The notes beneath the pieces are model-generated. The model was not told where the DNA came from and searched no databases. It saw nothing but the letters and a program-made list of their open reading frames with translations. This document shows, piece after piece, positions 1 to 9,661 of a stretch of DNA of 64,000 nucleotides. A program made the position numbers and the translations under genes. The stretch is taken from NCBI GenBank assembly GCA_938084645.1, contig CALKEP010000002.1:64001-128000 (forward strand), given 5' to 3'. Position 1 is the stretch's first letter, and each line of letters opens with the position of its first letter. The DNA comes from an uncultured Phycisphaerales bacterium (GTDB lineage Bacteria > Planctomycetota > Phycisphaerae > Phycisphaerales > SM1A02).

Positions 1-1
1 G

Positions 2-472
2 ACGCTCGCACGTCGCACCCGACCGATCACCCGCGTGATCGAGGTGACCGACCTGCTGCTCGAACCACCGTCCTTCGTCCCCCCCGACCACTACCTTCGA
101 GGGTTCGGGCTCGGCGCAAGCGATGAGAAGACGCGACGCCGGACGCCGCGGCAGATCGGCGCGGATCTCGTCGGTTCGATCGTCGCCCAGGTCGAACCGG
201 ACGCGTGGCATCCGGTGAGCGAGGCCGAGATCGCGGACGGCCTGGTCGACCCGGTGGATCCCCGGGATCCGTACCGGGGCAGGAACCTCGATCCCGGACG
301 GCTCGATCCGGAAACCGAGACGCCGGTTCCGATCTACGTGCAGGGAAGATGGGCGAGTGTCCGACTCAAGGACCGCGTGATCGTGGTCCGCGCCCCGGCC
401 TTCGTGCTGATGGGCATCGAGGGGCTCCCCAAACCGGTTCCGCCGCCCGCGATCCTGCTCGAGCCGCGATGA
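2..472 (+). CDS. Hypothetical protein, 3' part (truncated at window edge)
   Basis: The frame of ORF 35..472 is open back to position 2; plausible codon usage; no recognisable motif. Confidence 0.55.
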   Translation, partial: TLARRTRPITRVIEVTDLLLEPPSFVPPDHYLRGFGLGASDEKTRRRTPRQIGADLVGSIVAQVEPDAWHPVSEAEIADGLVDPVDPRDPYRGRNLDPGRLDPETETPVPIYVQGRWASVRLKDRVIVVRAPAFVLMGIEGLPKPVPPPAILLEPR

Positions 473-494
473 GCGTCCGACATCGTCCGACTCG

Positions 495-2225
495 ATGAGC
501 CGGTATCGTCTGGCCAGCGTGACGTCGACTCCTCCCAAGCCCGTTCCGAGTCTCCACGATCCCCTCGTCATCGCAGGCGGATTGGTGGGACTGGCCTGCC
601 TCTCGATCGTCCTGTTCGCGTCGCAGGCGGCGTGGACCGCGTGGTTCACCCACCCCCTCCTGCTCGAACGAATCGGCGAGATCCCGACCGAGACGGTGCA
701 GGGCGTGCGACTGCTCTTCACGGTCGCACCGGTCGCCGCCCTCGCCTGGATCCTCGCGCCGTGGCTCCTCCGTTGGTTCGATCGGGTCTCGCCCATCCCG
801 CGATTCCCATCCTTCCCGCCACCTCCCACCTTCGCGACGAAGTCGATGGTCGTGCTCCTGACGGTGCTCGCCATCGTTCCGCGTCTGATTCGAATCGAAG
901 AGAGCCTCTGGTACGACGAGATCGCGGCGATGTCCTCGTTCTCCATCCATGGTCCGGGGCCGGCACTCGGAAACTACTACGCCCTCAGCAATCACGTGCT
1001 GCACTCCGCACTCGCCAGCCTCCTCATCGATGCGAACGGTGGTGCCAACGAACTCGTGTTGAGGGTGCCGGCCCTGCTGGCGGGAATCGCCTGCATCCCC
1101 GCGATGTTCGGACTCGCGCGAACCGTCGACGGCGACCGATTCGGACTCATCGCGGCCGCAGTGATGGCCCTGATGCCGGTCGCGGTGCTGGAAAGCGTCG
1201 ATGCCCGCGGGTACTCGCTCATGATGCTGTTCACGATTCTCACCACCACGCAGGTGGTGCGCATCTCCGACGGTCACCGCTCGGGTGCATTGTGGTACGC
1301 CGCATTCGCGACGCTCGGTTGCTGGTCCCACTTCGCCTTCGCCTTCGTGCCGCTGGGACACGCGCTGCTGGCGATCTCGTGGCTGTTCCGGCGACATCGA
1401 CGCGGCCCCGGCCTCCGACTCGCGGTCGGCCTCGGCCTCGGGGGCGTCACCACCCTGCTGGTGCTCGCGCCGGTCCTCCCCTCCTTCTTCCTGATCCGCG
1501 GGGAATTCGTCGCGGTCGACGGAGACGAACCCTCGCTCTTCGGCATCGAAGCGTGGAAGGCGGTTCTCCAGCTCGGCGGGTCCTGGTACCTCTGGGCGTC
1601 CCTTCCCGGACTCGCCCTCGCCCTGCTCGGCGGCACCGAGTCGAGCCGATGGCCCCGACTTCGCATCGCCACCTTCGCCTCGGTCGCGGGCGGACTGGTC
1701 ACCGGCGTGATCCTCCTGGCGGGCGACGGATGGGTCTACGCACGGTTCCTGCTCTTCCTCGTGCCCGGAGCGGTGTTGCTCGTCGCTGCCGGGATCCGAG
1801 CCCTCGCCTATCTGCCGCAGCGGTCCGAACCCGCCTACGTCGCCGCGCTGATTCTCGCGATCGGCTGGTGCACCGCACTCGCCGTCCGTCCTCCGCGGCA
1901 ACCGATCCGGGACGCGATCGAAGCGCTGGCCGCGCCGGCGACCGGGCGATCCGTGTGGTCGATCGGCCTCGGCGACGACGTCGCCGACTACTACGGTTCG
2001 GCGCTGGATCTCCGCTTGCAGCATGCGGGGAACCTCGGTGCCCGCCTCGACGCGGCAGCACTGGCCGACGGCCCCGACCACGCCGTGGTCCTCTACCCCG
2101 ACCTCGTCACGGAGTCGACGCGGGCCCTGCTGGAAACCGCGGGATTCCGAACCACCGACCGGTTCGAAGGCTGGTTGGACTGGGGTCACGGCGACGTCGA
2201 GCTTCTGATGCGTCCGACTCGCTGA
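495..2225 (+). CDS. GT-C fold membrane glycosyltransferase (family 39/PMT_2-like)
   Basis: Many TM segments; motifs 'ESLWYDE', 'NHVLHSAL', 'LRVPALLAG', 'DARGYSL'. Confidence 0.8.
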   Translation: MSRYRLASVTSTPPKPVPSLHDPLVIAGGLVGLACLSIVLFASQAAWTAWFTHPLLLERIGEIPTETVQGVRLLFTVAPVAALAWILAPWLLRWFDRVSPIPRFPSFPPPPTFATKSMVVLLTVLAIVPRLIRIEESLWYDEIAAMSSFSIHGPGPALGNYYALSNHVLHSALASLLIDANGGANELVLRVPALLAGIACIPAMFGLARTVDGDRFGLIAAAVMALMPVAVLESVDARGYSLMMLFTILTTTQVVRISDGHRSGALWYAAFATLGCWSHFAFAFVPLGHALLAISWLFRRHRRGPGLRLAVGLGLGGVTTLLVLAPVLPSFFLIRGEFVAVDGDEPSLFGIEAWKAVLQLGGSWYLWASLPGLALALLGGTESSRWPRLRIATFASVAGGLVTGVILLAGDGWVYARFLLFLVPGAVLLVAAGIRALAYLPQRSEPAYVAALILAIGWCTALAVRPPRQPIRDAIEALAAPATGRSVWSIGLGDDVADYYGSALDLRLQHAGNLGARLDAAALADGPDHAVVLYPDLVTESTRALLETAGFRTTDRFEGWLDWGHGDVELLMRPTR

Positions 2226-2247
2226 GCACGAGCATCGAAACCTGGTC

Positions 2248-3633
2248 CTAGTCGTGACGCAACGCGTCGATCGGGTCCTTGCGACTCGCGATGATCGCCG
2301 GATAGATCCCGAAGATCAGCCCCACGCCCACCGCGACCAGGAGGCTCGACCAGATCGACCACGGCGCGATCACGGGTTCGATCTTGAATTCGCCCTCGAC
2401 CAGCTCGCGGAACGCCGGGAAGGAGAGCAGCCACGGCACGAAGGACCCCAGGCCGAACGAGATCCCCACGCCGAGCGCGATCCCGAGAATTCCGCCGAGC
2501 GAGGAGATCGAACCGGTCTCGACGAGGAACTGGGCGACGATGTGGTTTCGAGTCGCCCCGAGCGCCCGGCGAATGCCGATCTCCCGGGTCCGTTCCACCA
2601 CGGAGGCGAGCATGATGTTCATGATCCCGATCCCGCCCACCAGCAGGGAGATCGCGGCGACCGAGACGAGCATGATGTTCCAGATCAGCATCGTCCGCTT
2701 CGCATTCTGGAGCAGTTCCCAGGGCACGATGACCTGCACGTCGCGGAAGGTCGGGTGTTCCATCTCCAGGATGCGCGTCGCGAGCCGAGCGAGGTCGATC
2801 ACCTCGTCGGTGGTCTCGGCCTGCAGGTAGATCTCGCTGATCTTGACATCCTCGCCGCTGAACGAACCGCTCTGGCGTCGAACCACGATGTCACCGAAGT
2901 TCTGTCTCGCCGAGGTGATCGGGATGTGGACGTCCTTGTTGAGGTCCCGACCCACCAACGCGACGCCTGCCCCGCCCGCGAGCCCGATCGGTTCGAGCAC
3001 GCCGACGACCTTGAAGACCTGACTGTCGATGCGGAGATCCTTGCCGACCGGATCCTCGAGCCTGAAGAAGGTGTCCGCGATCTCCGAACCGATGACCGCG
3101 ACCGGCGCGGATCCTTCGACGTCGGCGTCGACGAGATACCGACCGCCGGGCCGGACGGAGAGGTTGGCCGTTCGGGAGAGATCGGGGATCGTGCCGAAGA
3201 CCTGGCTCACGGTGCGTTCGTTGCGTCGCCGAATCTCGGATCCCACCGCCTTCAGCGGCACGAGATGCTTCCCTCGCAGCCCCCGGGTCGAACCCGACTC
3301 GAGCCCGGCATCCTCGCCTGCGTCCGCGGCAGGGCCGACGAATTCCTGCAATCGCTTGAGATCGAGACGGGTGAGGCCGTATTCGACGACGAAGGTGTTG
3401 CTGGTGCTCGCGGATTGGGTCGAGGGCGGCTTCTGGCTGCGAATGATGATGTTCGTCGCACCGAGATCGGTGATCTGGCGGAGCGTCGACTGCTTGTTGC
3501 CCTCGCCGATCGACACCACGATGATCACCGCGGCGACCCCGAGAATGATCCCGAGGCTCGTCAGCGAGGATCGGAGCTTGTGCAGACCGATGTTCTTGAT
3601 GCCGAGGCGGATGATCTCGAGGACGAAAGTCAT
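2248..3633 (-). CDS. ABC transporter permease, MacB/FtsX family
   Basis: 'KLRSSLTSLGIILGVAAVI' and 'ISLLVGGIGIMNIMLASVVERTREIGIRRALGA...PIDALRHD'; start taken at MTFVLE. Confidence 0.92.
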   Translation of the reverse strand: MTFVLEIIRLGIKNIGLHKLRSSLTSLGIILGVAAVIIVVSIGEGNKQSTLRQITDLGATNIIIRSQKPPSTQSASTSNTFVVEYGLTRLDLKRLQEFVGPAADAGEDAGLESGSTRGLRGKHLVPLKAVGSEIRRRNERTVSQVFGTIPDLSRTANLSVRPGGRYLVDADVEGSAPVAVIGSEIADTFFRLEDPVGKDLRIDSQVFKVVGVLEPIGLAGGAGVALVGRDLNKDVHIPITSARQNFGDIVVRRQSGSFSGEDVKISEIYLQAETTDEVIDLARLATRILEMEHPTFRDVQVIVPWELLQNAKRTMLIWNIMLVSVAAISLLVGGIGIMNIMLASVVERTREIGIRRALGATRNHIVAQFLVETGSISSLGGILGIALGVGISFGLGSFVPWLLSFPAFRELVEGEFKIEPVIAPWSIWSSLLVAVGVGLIFGIYPAIIASRKDPIDALRHD

Positions 3634-3777
3634 GAAGCGGGGTTTCCGTCGAGGACGGTGGGCGGAGCTGGATACCGAAATCAAGTTCGATCCACATCTT
3701 ACGGTGCCGGGATCGATGGCGATGCCGTCGTTTCGTCGGCGCACGGGCCCGGATTCGAGCCGCTACCCTCCCGGTTC

Positions 3778-4065
3778 ATGTTCGAACTCGTCGAAGAACT
3801 CGAAGATGCGACCGGCTGCAGCTGGACGCTGCAACGCCTGGACGCCGAGGGCCGGCTGGAACGCTCCCGGATGCGTCTGGGCTGGGCGGACTACGGCGTC
3901 TGGAGCCCGGACGGTGGCGTGTCTCCGGTCCGCGTGGCGGAAGCCGTGGTCGCTTTCGCCCTCGATCGACCCGAATTCGACCCGCTTCCCGACCCGTTCG
4001 ATGCGGCCATGGCGCGACGCCGGGTCCACGACGCGGACGACCGGATCGGTCGAATGATCCGCTGA
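3778..4065 (+). CDS. Hypothetical 95-aa protein
   Basis: C-terminal part of the 2254..4065 frame (MFELVEELEDATG...); fills the gap between genes; TACCCT 8 nt before the ATG. Confidence 0.6.
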   Translation: MFELVEELEDATGCSWTLQRLDAEGRLERSRMRLGWADYGVWSPDGGVSPVRVAEAVVAFALDRPEFDPLPDPFDAAMARRRVHDADDRIGRMIR

Positions 4066-4116
4066 TGCGAATGTTCGTTCCGGGCGGGCCCGCTCCTCGA
4101 CGCATCGATCGGCCGG

Positions 4117-5655
4117 TCAGTCGAGCAGGGACTGGAGTTCCTGCTCGCGGTAGGTGAGCGGAACCTCCACGCTGAACGTCGAACCCGAGCCGACGTCGCT
4201 CGAGAGGGAGACCTTCGCCCCGAGCAACTCCGCGAGCTCCCGGCAGATGGCGAGGCCGAGACCGGTGCCACCGAACGATCGGGTGTGCGAGGCGTCGGCC
4301 TGGCGAAACTTCTCGAAGATCGTCTCCTGCAGGTCGCTGGGAATGCCCGGGCCGTGATCGGTCACCCGGAAGCGGACTCCGCTGAATCCGTCGCCGCGGA
4401 CGAATCCCTCCGCGGCGAGGATCACGACGGAATCCTCCGGCGAGAACTTCACCGCGTTGGAGAGGAAGTTGAAGAGGATCTGCTGGAGTTTGCCGGCATC
4501 CGTCTCGAGCCGCGGCAGGGCCCCCGCGACGGTCTGCTCGATGGTGATCCGCTTCGCCTCCGCCTGCGGCCGCATGATCGCGACGAGGCCCTCCATCAAC
4601 TCGCCGACGTCGACGGGATCGATGGAGAGTTCCACCCGCCCCGCCTCGATCTTGGCCATCTCGAGGAGTTCCGAGATCATCTCCAGCAGCCGGCGCGCAC
4701 TGGTGATGATGTTGGACAGGTACCGCCTGCGTTTCGGATCCGGCGTCGCTTCCTGGGAGGCGAGTTCCTCGAGGAGCTCCGCGAAGCCGATGATCGAGTT
4801 CAGCGGGGTCTTCAACTCATGGCTCACGTTGGCGAGGAACTCGCTCTTGAGTCGGTTCGACTCGTAGAGGCCGATGTTCGCCTCGGAGAGTTCGGTCACC
4901 TTGAAGTCGAGCGACTCGTTCATGCTCCGCAATCGCGACGCGGTGAGCGACGTCTCGTCGAGCATGCGGTTGAAGGCCTCGGCCAGCTGCTCGAAATCGT
5001 CGCCGGTCCGGATGTCGGCGCGGACCGTGAAGTCGCCCTGCTCCACCCGCTCGGCGGTGTCGCGAAGCCTTCGAACCGGTTTCAGAATGACGCGATTCAG
5101 AATGAACCAGAAGAAGAGCGTGGAGAGCGCGACCGCCACGATTCCGACCGCGACGAGGTAGATCCGGGTGGAGAGCAGCTGACCGGCGGCAAGTCGACTC
5201 GGGCGTTCGATCAGGAGCAGGCCTCCGAGCGCGTCGGACGGCCCGAGGGGCCCCGGCGCGACCTCGCCGATGATCGCGGCCCGCCGCCACGCGGGGCCGC
5301 GGAGCCCACGGGCGTAGCGGTAGATGATCTCATTGCCCGACTCGACCTCCTGGAAGACCTCCTCGAGATCCGGCGAAGCCTCGAGGCGACGGGCGGCATC
5401 GGAGGCGAACGGGAACTCGGCCGCGTCGATGCGATCCACGGGAACGAGGCGGATCTGGAGCAGCCCCGTGGGGGACGAACGGGACGGCGATTCCAGCCAG
5501 GTGTCCGCGAGCTGCCGGGAGACCTCGAGCTGGCTCTGGAAGACCAGTTGCTCGGAGCGAATCCAGGGGAGCGCGAGCGTTCCGGTGACGATCACCAGCG
5601 AGGCGAGGCCGAAGAGGAACAGAACCTTGTTGGCGAGGGAGAGTCCGGAGGTCAT
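4117..5655 (-). CDS. Membrane sensor histidine kinase (HAMP-HisKA-HATPase)
   Basis: Two TM segments, HAMP, H-box 'FLANVSHELKTPLNSIIGF', N-box 'NFLSNAVKF', G-boxes 'DHGPGI' and 'GGTGLGLAI'. Confidence 0.95.
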   Translation of the reverse strand: MTSGLSLANKVLFLFGLASLVIVTGTLALPWIRSEQLVFQSQLEVSRQLADTWLESPSRSSPTGLLQIRLVPVDRIDAAEFPFASDAARRLEASPDLEEVFQEVESGNEIIYRYARGLRGPAWRRAAIIGEVAPGPLGPSDALGGLLLIERPSRLAAGQLLSTRIYLVAVGIVAVALSTLFFWFILNRVILKPVRRLRDTAERVEQGDFTVRADIRTGDDFEQLAEAFNRMLDETSLTASRLRSMNESLDFKVTELSEANIGLYESNRLKSEFLANVSHELKTPLNSIIGFAELLEELASQEATPDPKRRRYLSNIITSARRLLEMISELLEMAKIEAGRVELSIDPVDVGELMEGLVAIMRPQAEAKRITIEQTVAGALPRLETDAGKLQQILFNFLSNAVKFSPEDSVVILAAEGFVRGDGFSGVRFRVTDHGPGIPSDLQETIFEKFRQADASHTRSFGGTGLGLAICRELAELLGAKVSLSSDVGSGSTFSVEVPLTYREQELQSLLD

Positions 5656-5679
5656 GGCTTCAGCCGGTAGGATACGGCG

Positions 5680-6084
5680 ATGCACCGACCCGGCGCCGAT
5701 CCCGACTCCATGCTCCCCTCCGACGTCCTGTGCGACTTCTGCACCCGTCCGTGGAGCGACGACATTCCCCTCGTGGAGGGGCATCAGGGCTCCTGCATCT
5801 GTGGGAACTGCCTCGCGACCGCCTGGCGGGCCGTGATCGACGCCGGAATCGACGATGCCCCGCCCCAGACCCCCGAGGACGACATCACCTCCGGCCCGAC
5901 GTGGGTGTGTGTGATGTGCCTGGAGCCGCGCCGCGACCCCGCGTTCCAGAGCCCCGTTCGAGAGGAGGCCTTCGTCTGCCGTCGATGCATCAGGCTGGCG
6001 GGCCGGGCGCTCGACGGCGATCCCGATCACGACTGGACGAAGCCCTCCAGCGGCGCGGTCGCGGACCGTGGCCAGGACGACTGA
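5680..6084 (+). CDS. Small protein with two ClpX-like C4 zinc-finger units
   Basis: CDFC...ICGNC and CVMC...VCRRC. Confidence 0.75.
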   Translation: MHRPGADPDSMLPSDVLCDFCTRPWSDDIPLVEGHQGSCICGNCLATAWRAVIDAGIDDAPPQTPEDDITSGPTWVCVMCLEPRRDPAFQSPVREEAFVCRRCIRLAGRALDGDPDHDWTKPSSGAVADRGQDD

Positions 6085-6117
6085 CGCCGCCACCCCGCGA
6101 CCTCGAACCGAACCGAC

Positions 6118-7530
6118 ATGCGACTCGCCGCCATTCAACTTCGTGCCGCCCTGCTCGACCGCGACGAGACCTCGAAGCGGATCGTGAAGCACATCCACGC
6201 CGCCGCGGATGCGGGCGCGGAGCTCGTGGCGTTTCCCGAAGCATGCCTCCCCGGGTATCCGGTCTGGCTCGCCCGGACCGGCGGCGCCGAGTTCGATGCG
6301 CCGCGGCAGAAGGCCGTCCATGCCCGGTACGTCGAGGAGTCGGTGATGCCCGACCACGGCCACCTCGAGTCGATCTGCGCCGCCGCGGCGATCCGTCGCA
6401 TCGAGGTGGTGGTCGGCGTGGTGGAACGGGCCGTCGATCGGGGCGGCCACACGCTGTACTGCTCGGCGCTCTGGATCGACGGCGAGGGTCACCTCGTCAA
6501 CAACCATCGGAAGCTCGTCCCCACCTACGAGGAGCGACTCTGCTGGGGCAACGGCGACGGGGCCGGACTTCGCACCCGACAGGTCGGCGAACTGCGGGTC
6601 GGCGTGCTCAACTGCTGGGAGAACTGGATGCCGCTCGCCCGCACCGCGCTGCAGAGCGACGGCATGGACGTGCACATCCTCCTCTGGCCCGGCTCGAAGG
6701 CACTCACCCGCGATCTCACCCGCGTGGTCGCGCGGGAGGGGCGGTGCTTCGCGGTCAGCGTCGGCGGGGTGCTCGCCCCCACGGACCTTCCCGAGGATCT
6801 GCCGGAGCTCGATGATCTTCGCGGCTCCGACGAGCCGTATCTCCTCGAAGGGGGATCGGGGGTCGCCGGCCCGGACGGTGGCTGGATGATCGATCCCGAC
6901 TCGCTCGCGTCCGGCGAGGAGACGATGATCGTCGTCGACCTCGATCCCGCCCGGATTCGGGAGGAGCGGCAGAACTTCGATTCCGTCGGTCACTATTCAC
7001 GGCCGGACGTCTTCGAACTGGTGGTCGACCGTCGACGCCAGGCGCTGACCGGATTCATCGACGACGCCACGCCGAACGTGACCCGAAGCGGCGGACCCTC
7101 GGTCGACGGGCTCGATCACCTCGTGCTCACGGTCCGGGACCCGGATCATGCCGCCCGGTTCTATCGATCGGTGCTCGGAATGGACGAGGTCCGGACCGGC
7201 GACGACGAGCGGGCCCTCCGCTTCGGCGGACAGCAGATCGTGCTCAGGACCGAGGAGGACGGTGCCGGGGTGCAGGGAAGCCGCGCCACCTGGGGCTCCG
7301 CCGACCTTTGTCTCGTCTCCCGCACGCCCGCGGAACAGTGGGTTCTCCACCTCAAGCGATACGGACTCCAGATCGCGCAGGGGCCGGTCGATCGCCACGG
7401 GGCAACCGGTCCGATCCGATCGGTCCATTTCCGGGATCCGGACGGCAACCTCATCGAGATCGCGAATCCACGGCCCCACCGACCTCATGACGCGCCGGCA
7501 CCACCGGGCGCGGATCCTTCGCTACCCTAG
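6118..7530 (+). CDS. Nitrilase (carbon-nitrogen hydrolase) fused to a C-terminal VOC/glyoxalase domain
   Basis: E-K-C triad ('FPEA', 'HRKLVPTYEER', 'NCWEN'), 'GHYSRPDV', then VOC motifs 'LDHLVLTV...FY...LGM', 'GSADLCL', 'FRDPDGNLIEI'. Confidence 0.9.
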   Translation: MRLAAIQLRAALLDRDETSKRIVKHIHAAADAGAELVAFPEACLPGYPVWLARTGGAEFDAPRQKAVHARYVEESVMPDHGHLESICAAAAIRRIEVVVGVVERAVDRGGHTLYCSALWIDGEGHLVNNHRKLVPTYEERLCWGNGDGAGLRTRQVGELRVGVLNCWENWMPLARTALQSDGMDVHILLWPGSKALTRDLTRVVAREGRCFAVSVGGVLAPTDLPEDLPELDDLRGSDEPYLLEGGSGVAGPDGGWMIDPDSLASGEETMIVVDLDPARIREERQNFDSVGHYSRPDVFELVVDRRRQALTGFIDDATPNVTRSGGPSVDGLDHLVLTVRDPDHAARFYRSVLGMDEVRTGDDERALRFGGQQIVLRTEEDGAGVQGSRATWGSADLCLVSRTPAEQWVLHLKRYGLQIAQGPVDRHGATGPIRSVHFRDPDGNLIEIANPRPHRPHDAPAPPGADPSLP

Positions 7531-7558
7531 AACCCTCCATTCACCGAACGGAACAACC

Positions 7559-7735
7559 ATGCACACCGAACGCAGATCACTCGCCGTCCGACGCGCCGAA
7601 CGACGACAGGGCAAGTCCAAGAAGACGGGCATCATCGCGATCGTGCTGATGCTCCTCGCGCTGGTCGGCTACGTCCTGACCAACGACGAATCCACCGTGC
7701 CGGGCGAAGGTGGCGAGGAGATGGTCGGGGAGTGA
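7559..7735 (+). CDS. Small single-pass membrane protein (58 aa)
   Basis: MHTERR... with basic N-terminus, one hydrophobic helix and an acidic tail; fills an intergenic gap. Confidence 0.6.
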   Translation: MHTERRSLAVRRAERRQGKSKKTGIIAIVLMLLALVGYVLTNDESTVPGEGGEEMVGE

Positions 7736-7758
7736 GCCTCCCGGCCCTTCCCGTCGAT

Positions 7759-8958
7759 TCAACGAACGAGACGTTCCAGGCGACCCCGGTACCGCGTCAT
7801 CTCCTCGACCGAGATCCACTCGTCGGGGCGATGCGCCACCGAGATGTCGCCGGGGCCCCAGATCACGCTCCGACATCCGAGCGGCACGAGACGACCCGCG
7901 TCCGTTCCGAAGTTGACGCCGCGTCCGTCGACGTCGTCCGAGATCGACCGTACTTCCGCGAGGAACGGACTTGACGGATCGATCGCGTAGGACGGCGTGT
8001 CGTTGGTCGCGGTGATCAGGCATGCGTCCTCCGCGAGCGGCATCTCTCCGGCGGGAACCGGATGCTGAAATCCCTCCCGCACCTCCACCGCCACGCCCGC
8101 CGCCTCGATCGCGGTCGCGAGCCGGGACAGGAACGTCGCCCCGGTCTGCCCGGGGAGGAGTCTCGCCCCGACCCGGAGGGTGCAGCGATCGGGCATCACG
8201 TTGATCGCGGAGCCGGCGTCGATCGTCGCCATGGTCAGCACGGGAAACGGTGTTTCCGCGAAGAGCACGCTCGACGGCGTCCGCTCCCCGACCATCTCTT
8301 CTCGGAGATCACGCAGGGCTTGAAGCACCGGGATGGCACGCTCGACCGCGTTCACCCCCTGATCGGGGAATCCGGTGTGGCAGCCACGCCCTCCCACTTC
8401 GATCGACAGCGACAAGTGTCCCTTGTGCCCCTGCACCGCCCGCTCCGACGTCGGCTCGCCGACGATGGTGCGATGCGGGATCGGTCGTTCCCCCCACTGC
8501 TCGGCGAAACGGCCGGCGCCGACCGTGCCGATCTCCTCGTTGCAGGTCAGCAGCACCGCCAACGGCGCCTCGAGCCCCCCCGCCGCGGCGGCGGCCCGAA
8601 GGACGTTGATCGCGATCGCGTCGAACGCCTTCATGTCGCACGCGCCCCGACCGATCGCCCGGTCGCCTTCGACCCGGAGCGTGAAGGGGTCACCGGTCCA
8701 CTCGGGCTCCGTCGCCGGCACCACGTCGACGTGCCCGCACAGGAGGAGTCCGGCCCCGTCGCCGGTCCCCTCGGGCCCCGTCTCGAACCAGAGATTCTCC
8801 TGACCGTCACCGCAGTCGAATCGCTCGACGCGGATTCCGGGATGCTCGAGGTACTCGCACACGAAATCCCCCAGCGGCCGAGTCGGATTCCGCGTGGCGC
8901 TGGTGGTGTCGAAGGCCACGAGTCGAGCCAGAAGATCGAGATCGGTGAGCGAAGTCAT
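7759..8958 (-). CDS. argE: Acetylornithine deacetylase-like M20 metallohydrolase
   Basis: 'GHVDVVP', 'GRGACDMK', 'NEEIG', 'VGEPT', 'AHRPDE'. Confidence 0.85.
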   Translation of the reverse strand: MTSLTDLDLLARLVAFDTTSATRNPTRPLGDFVCEYLEHPGIRVERFDCGDGQENLWFETGPEGTGDGAGLLLCGHVDVVPATEPEWTGDPFTLRVEGDRAIGRGACDMKAFDAIAINVLRAAAAAGGLEAPLAVLLTCNEEIGTVGAGRFAEQWGERPIPHRTIVGEPTSERAVQGHKGHLSLSIEVGGRGCHTGFPDQGVNAVERAIPVLQALRDLREEMVGERTPSSVLFAETPFPVLTMATIDAGSAINVMPDRCTLRVGARLLPGQTGATFLSRLATAIEAAGVAVEVREGFQHPVPAGEMPLAEDACLITATNDTPSYAIDPSSPFLAEVRSISDDVDGRGVNFGTDAGRLVPLGCRSVIWGPGDISVAHRPDEWISVEEMTRYRGRLERLVR

Positions 8959-9007
8959 CGGAGCAGCGTAGCGGCACGCTCGATGGCGTGGCACCCATGG
9001 GGGCGAC

Positions 9008-9661
9008 TCAACGTCGCCGCAGGGTCATGGCGTGGAAAGGACGTCCCTCGCGACGGAACTTCCGTTCGAAATTCGTCCCCACCACTTCACCTTCACCCGC
9101 GGATTCCGGACGCTCGAACGCCTCGCGCTCGAAGCGGTCGGCATGTCGCCCCGCGTGATCCTCGTACCACGACCAGAGGTCGTCGTGATCGGTGACCAGA
9201 CGGAGTTCACCACCCTCGGGGATGATCCGGTGGAATGCCCGCATCGTCGCGTCCTGCATCACTCGTCTCTTGTGGTGACGCGCCTTGGGCCAGGGGTCGC
9301 TGAAATAGAGATGGACGACGGCGCACGACGCGTCGGGAATCCGATGCGTGACGATCTCGCTCGCGTCGTCGTGCAGCATTCGGACGTTCCGAAGGTCACG
9401 GCGGCGGATGCGGTCGGCCGCGTATCGAAAGAACTCGCCCGCCCATTCGATGCCCAGGAAGTTCGTCTCCGGTTGCAGTCCGGCCTGCTGGACGAGGAAC
9501 GTGCCCTTTCCGGAGCCGATCTCGAGTTCGAAGGAACGTTCCGGCGATTCGAACAGCGCTCGCGGATCCCACCGCCCCGTCTCGAAGGGCGGCAGATCAC
9601 TCCGGTCGAGACCGAAACCGCCGAAATCCTGTTCACGACCACGACTCAATCCGAACGACAT
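9008..9661 (-). CDS. trmB: tRNA (guanine-N7)-methyltransferase
   Basis: 'LEIGSGKG', 'NFLGIE', 'FSDPWPKARHHKRR', 'TNFERKF'; its ATG overlaps the upstream TGA. Confidence 0.95.
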   Translation of the reverse strand: MSFGLSRGREQDFGGFGLDRSDLPPFETGRWDPRALFESPERSFELEIGSGKGTFLVQQAGLQPETNFLGIEWAGEFFRYAADRIRRRDLRNVRMLHDDASEIVTHRIPDASCAVVHLYFSDPWPKARHHKRRVMQDATMRAFHRIIPEGGELRLVTDHDDLWSWYEDHAGRHADRFEREAFERPESAGEGEVVGTNFERKFRREGRPFHAMTLRRR

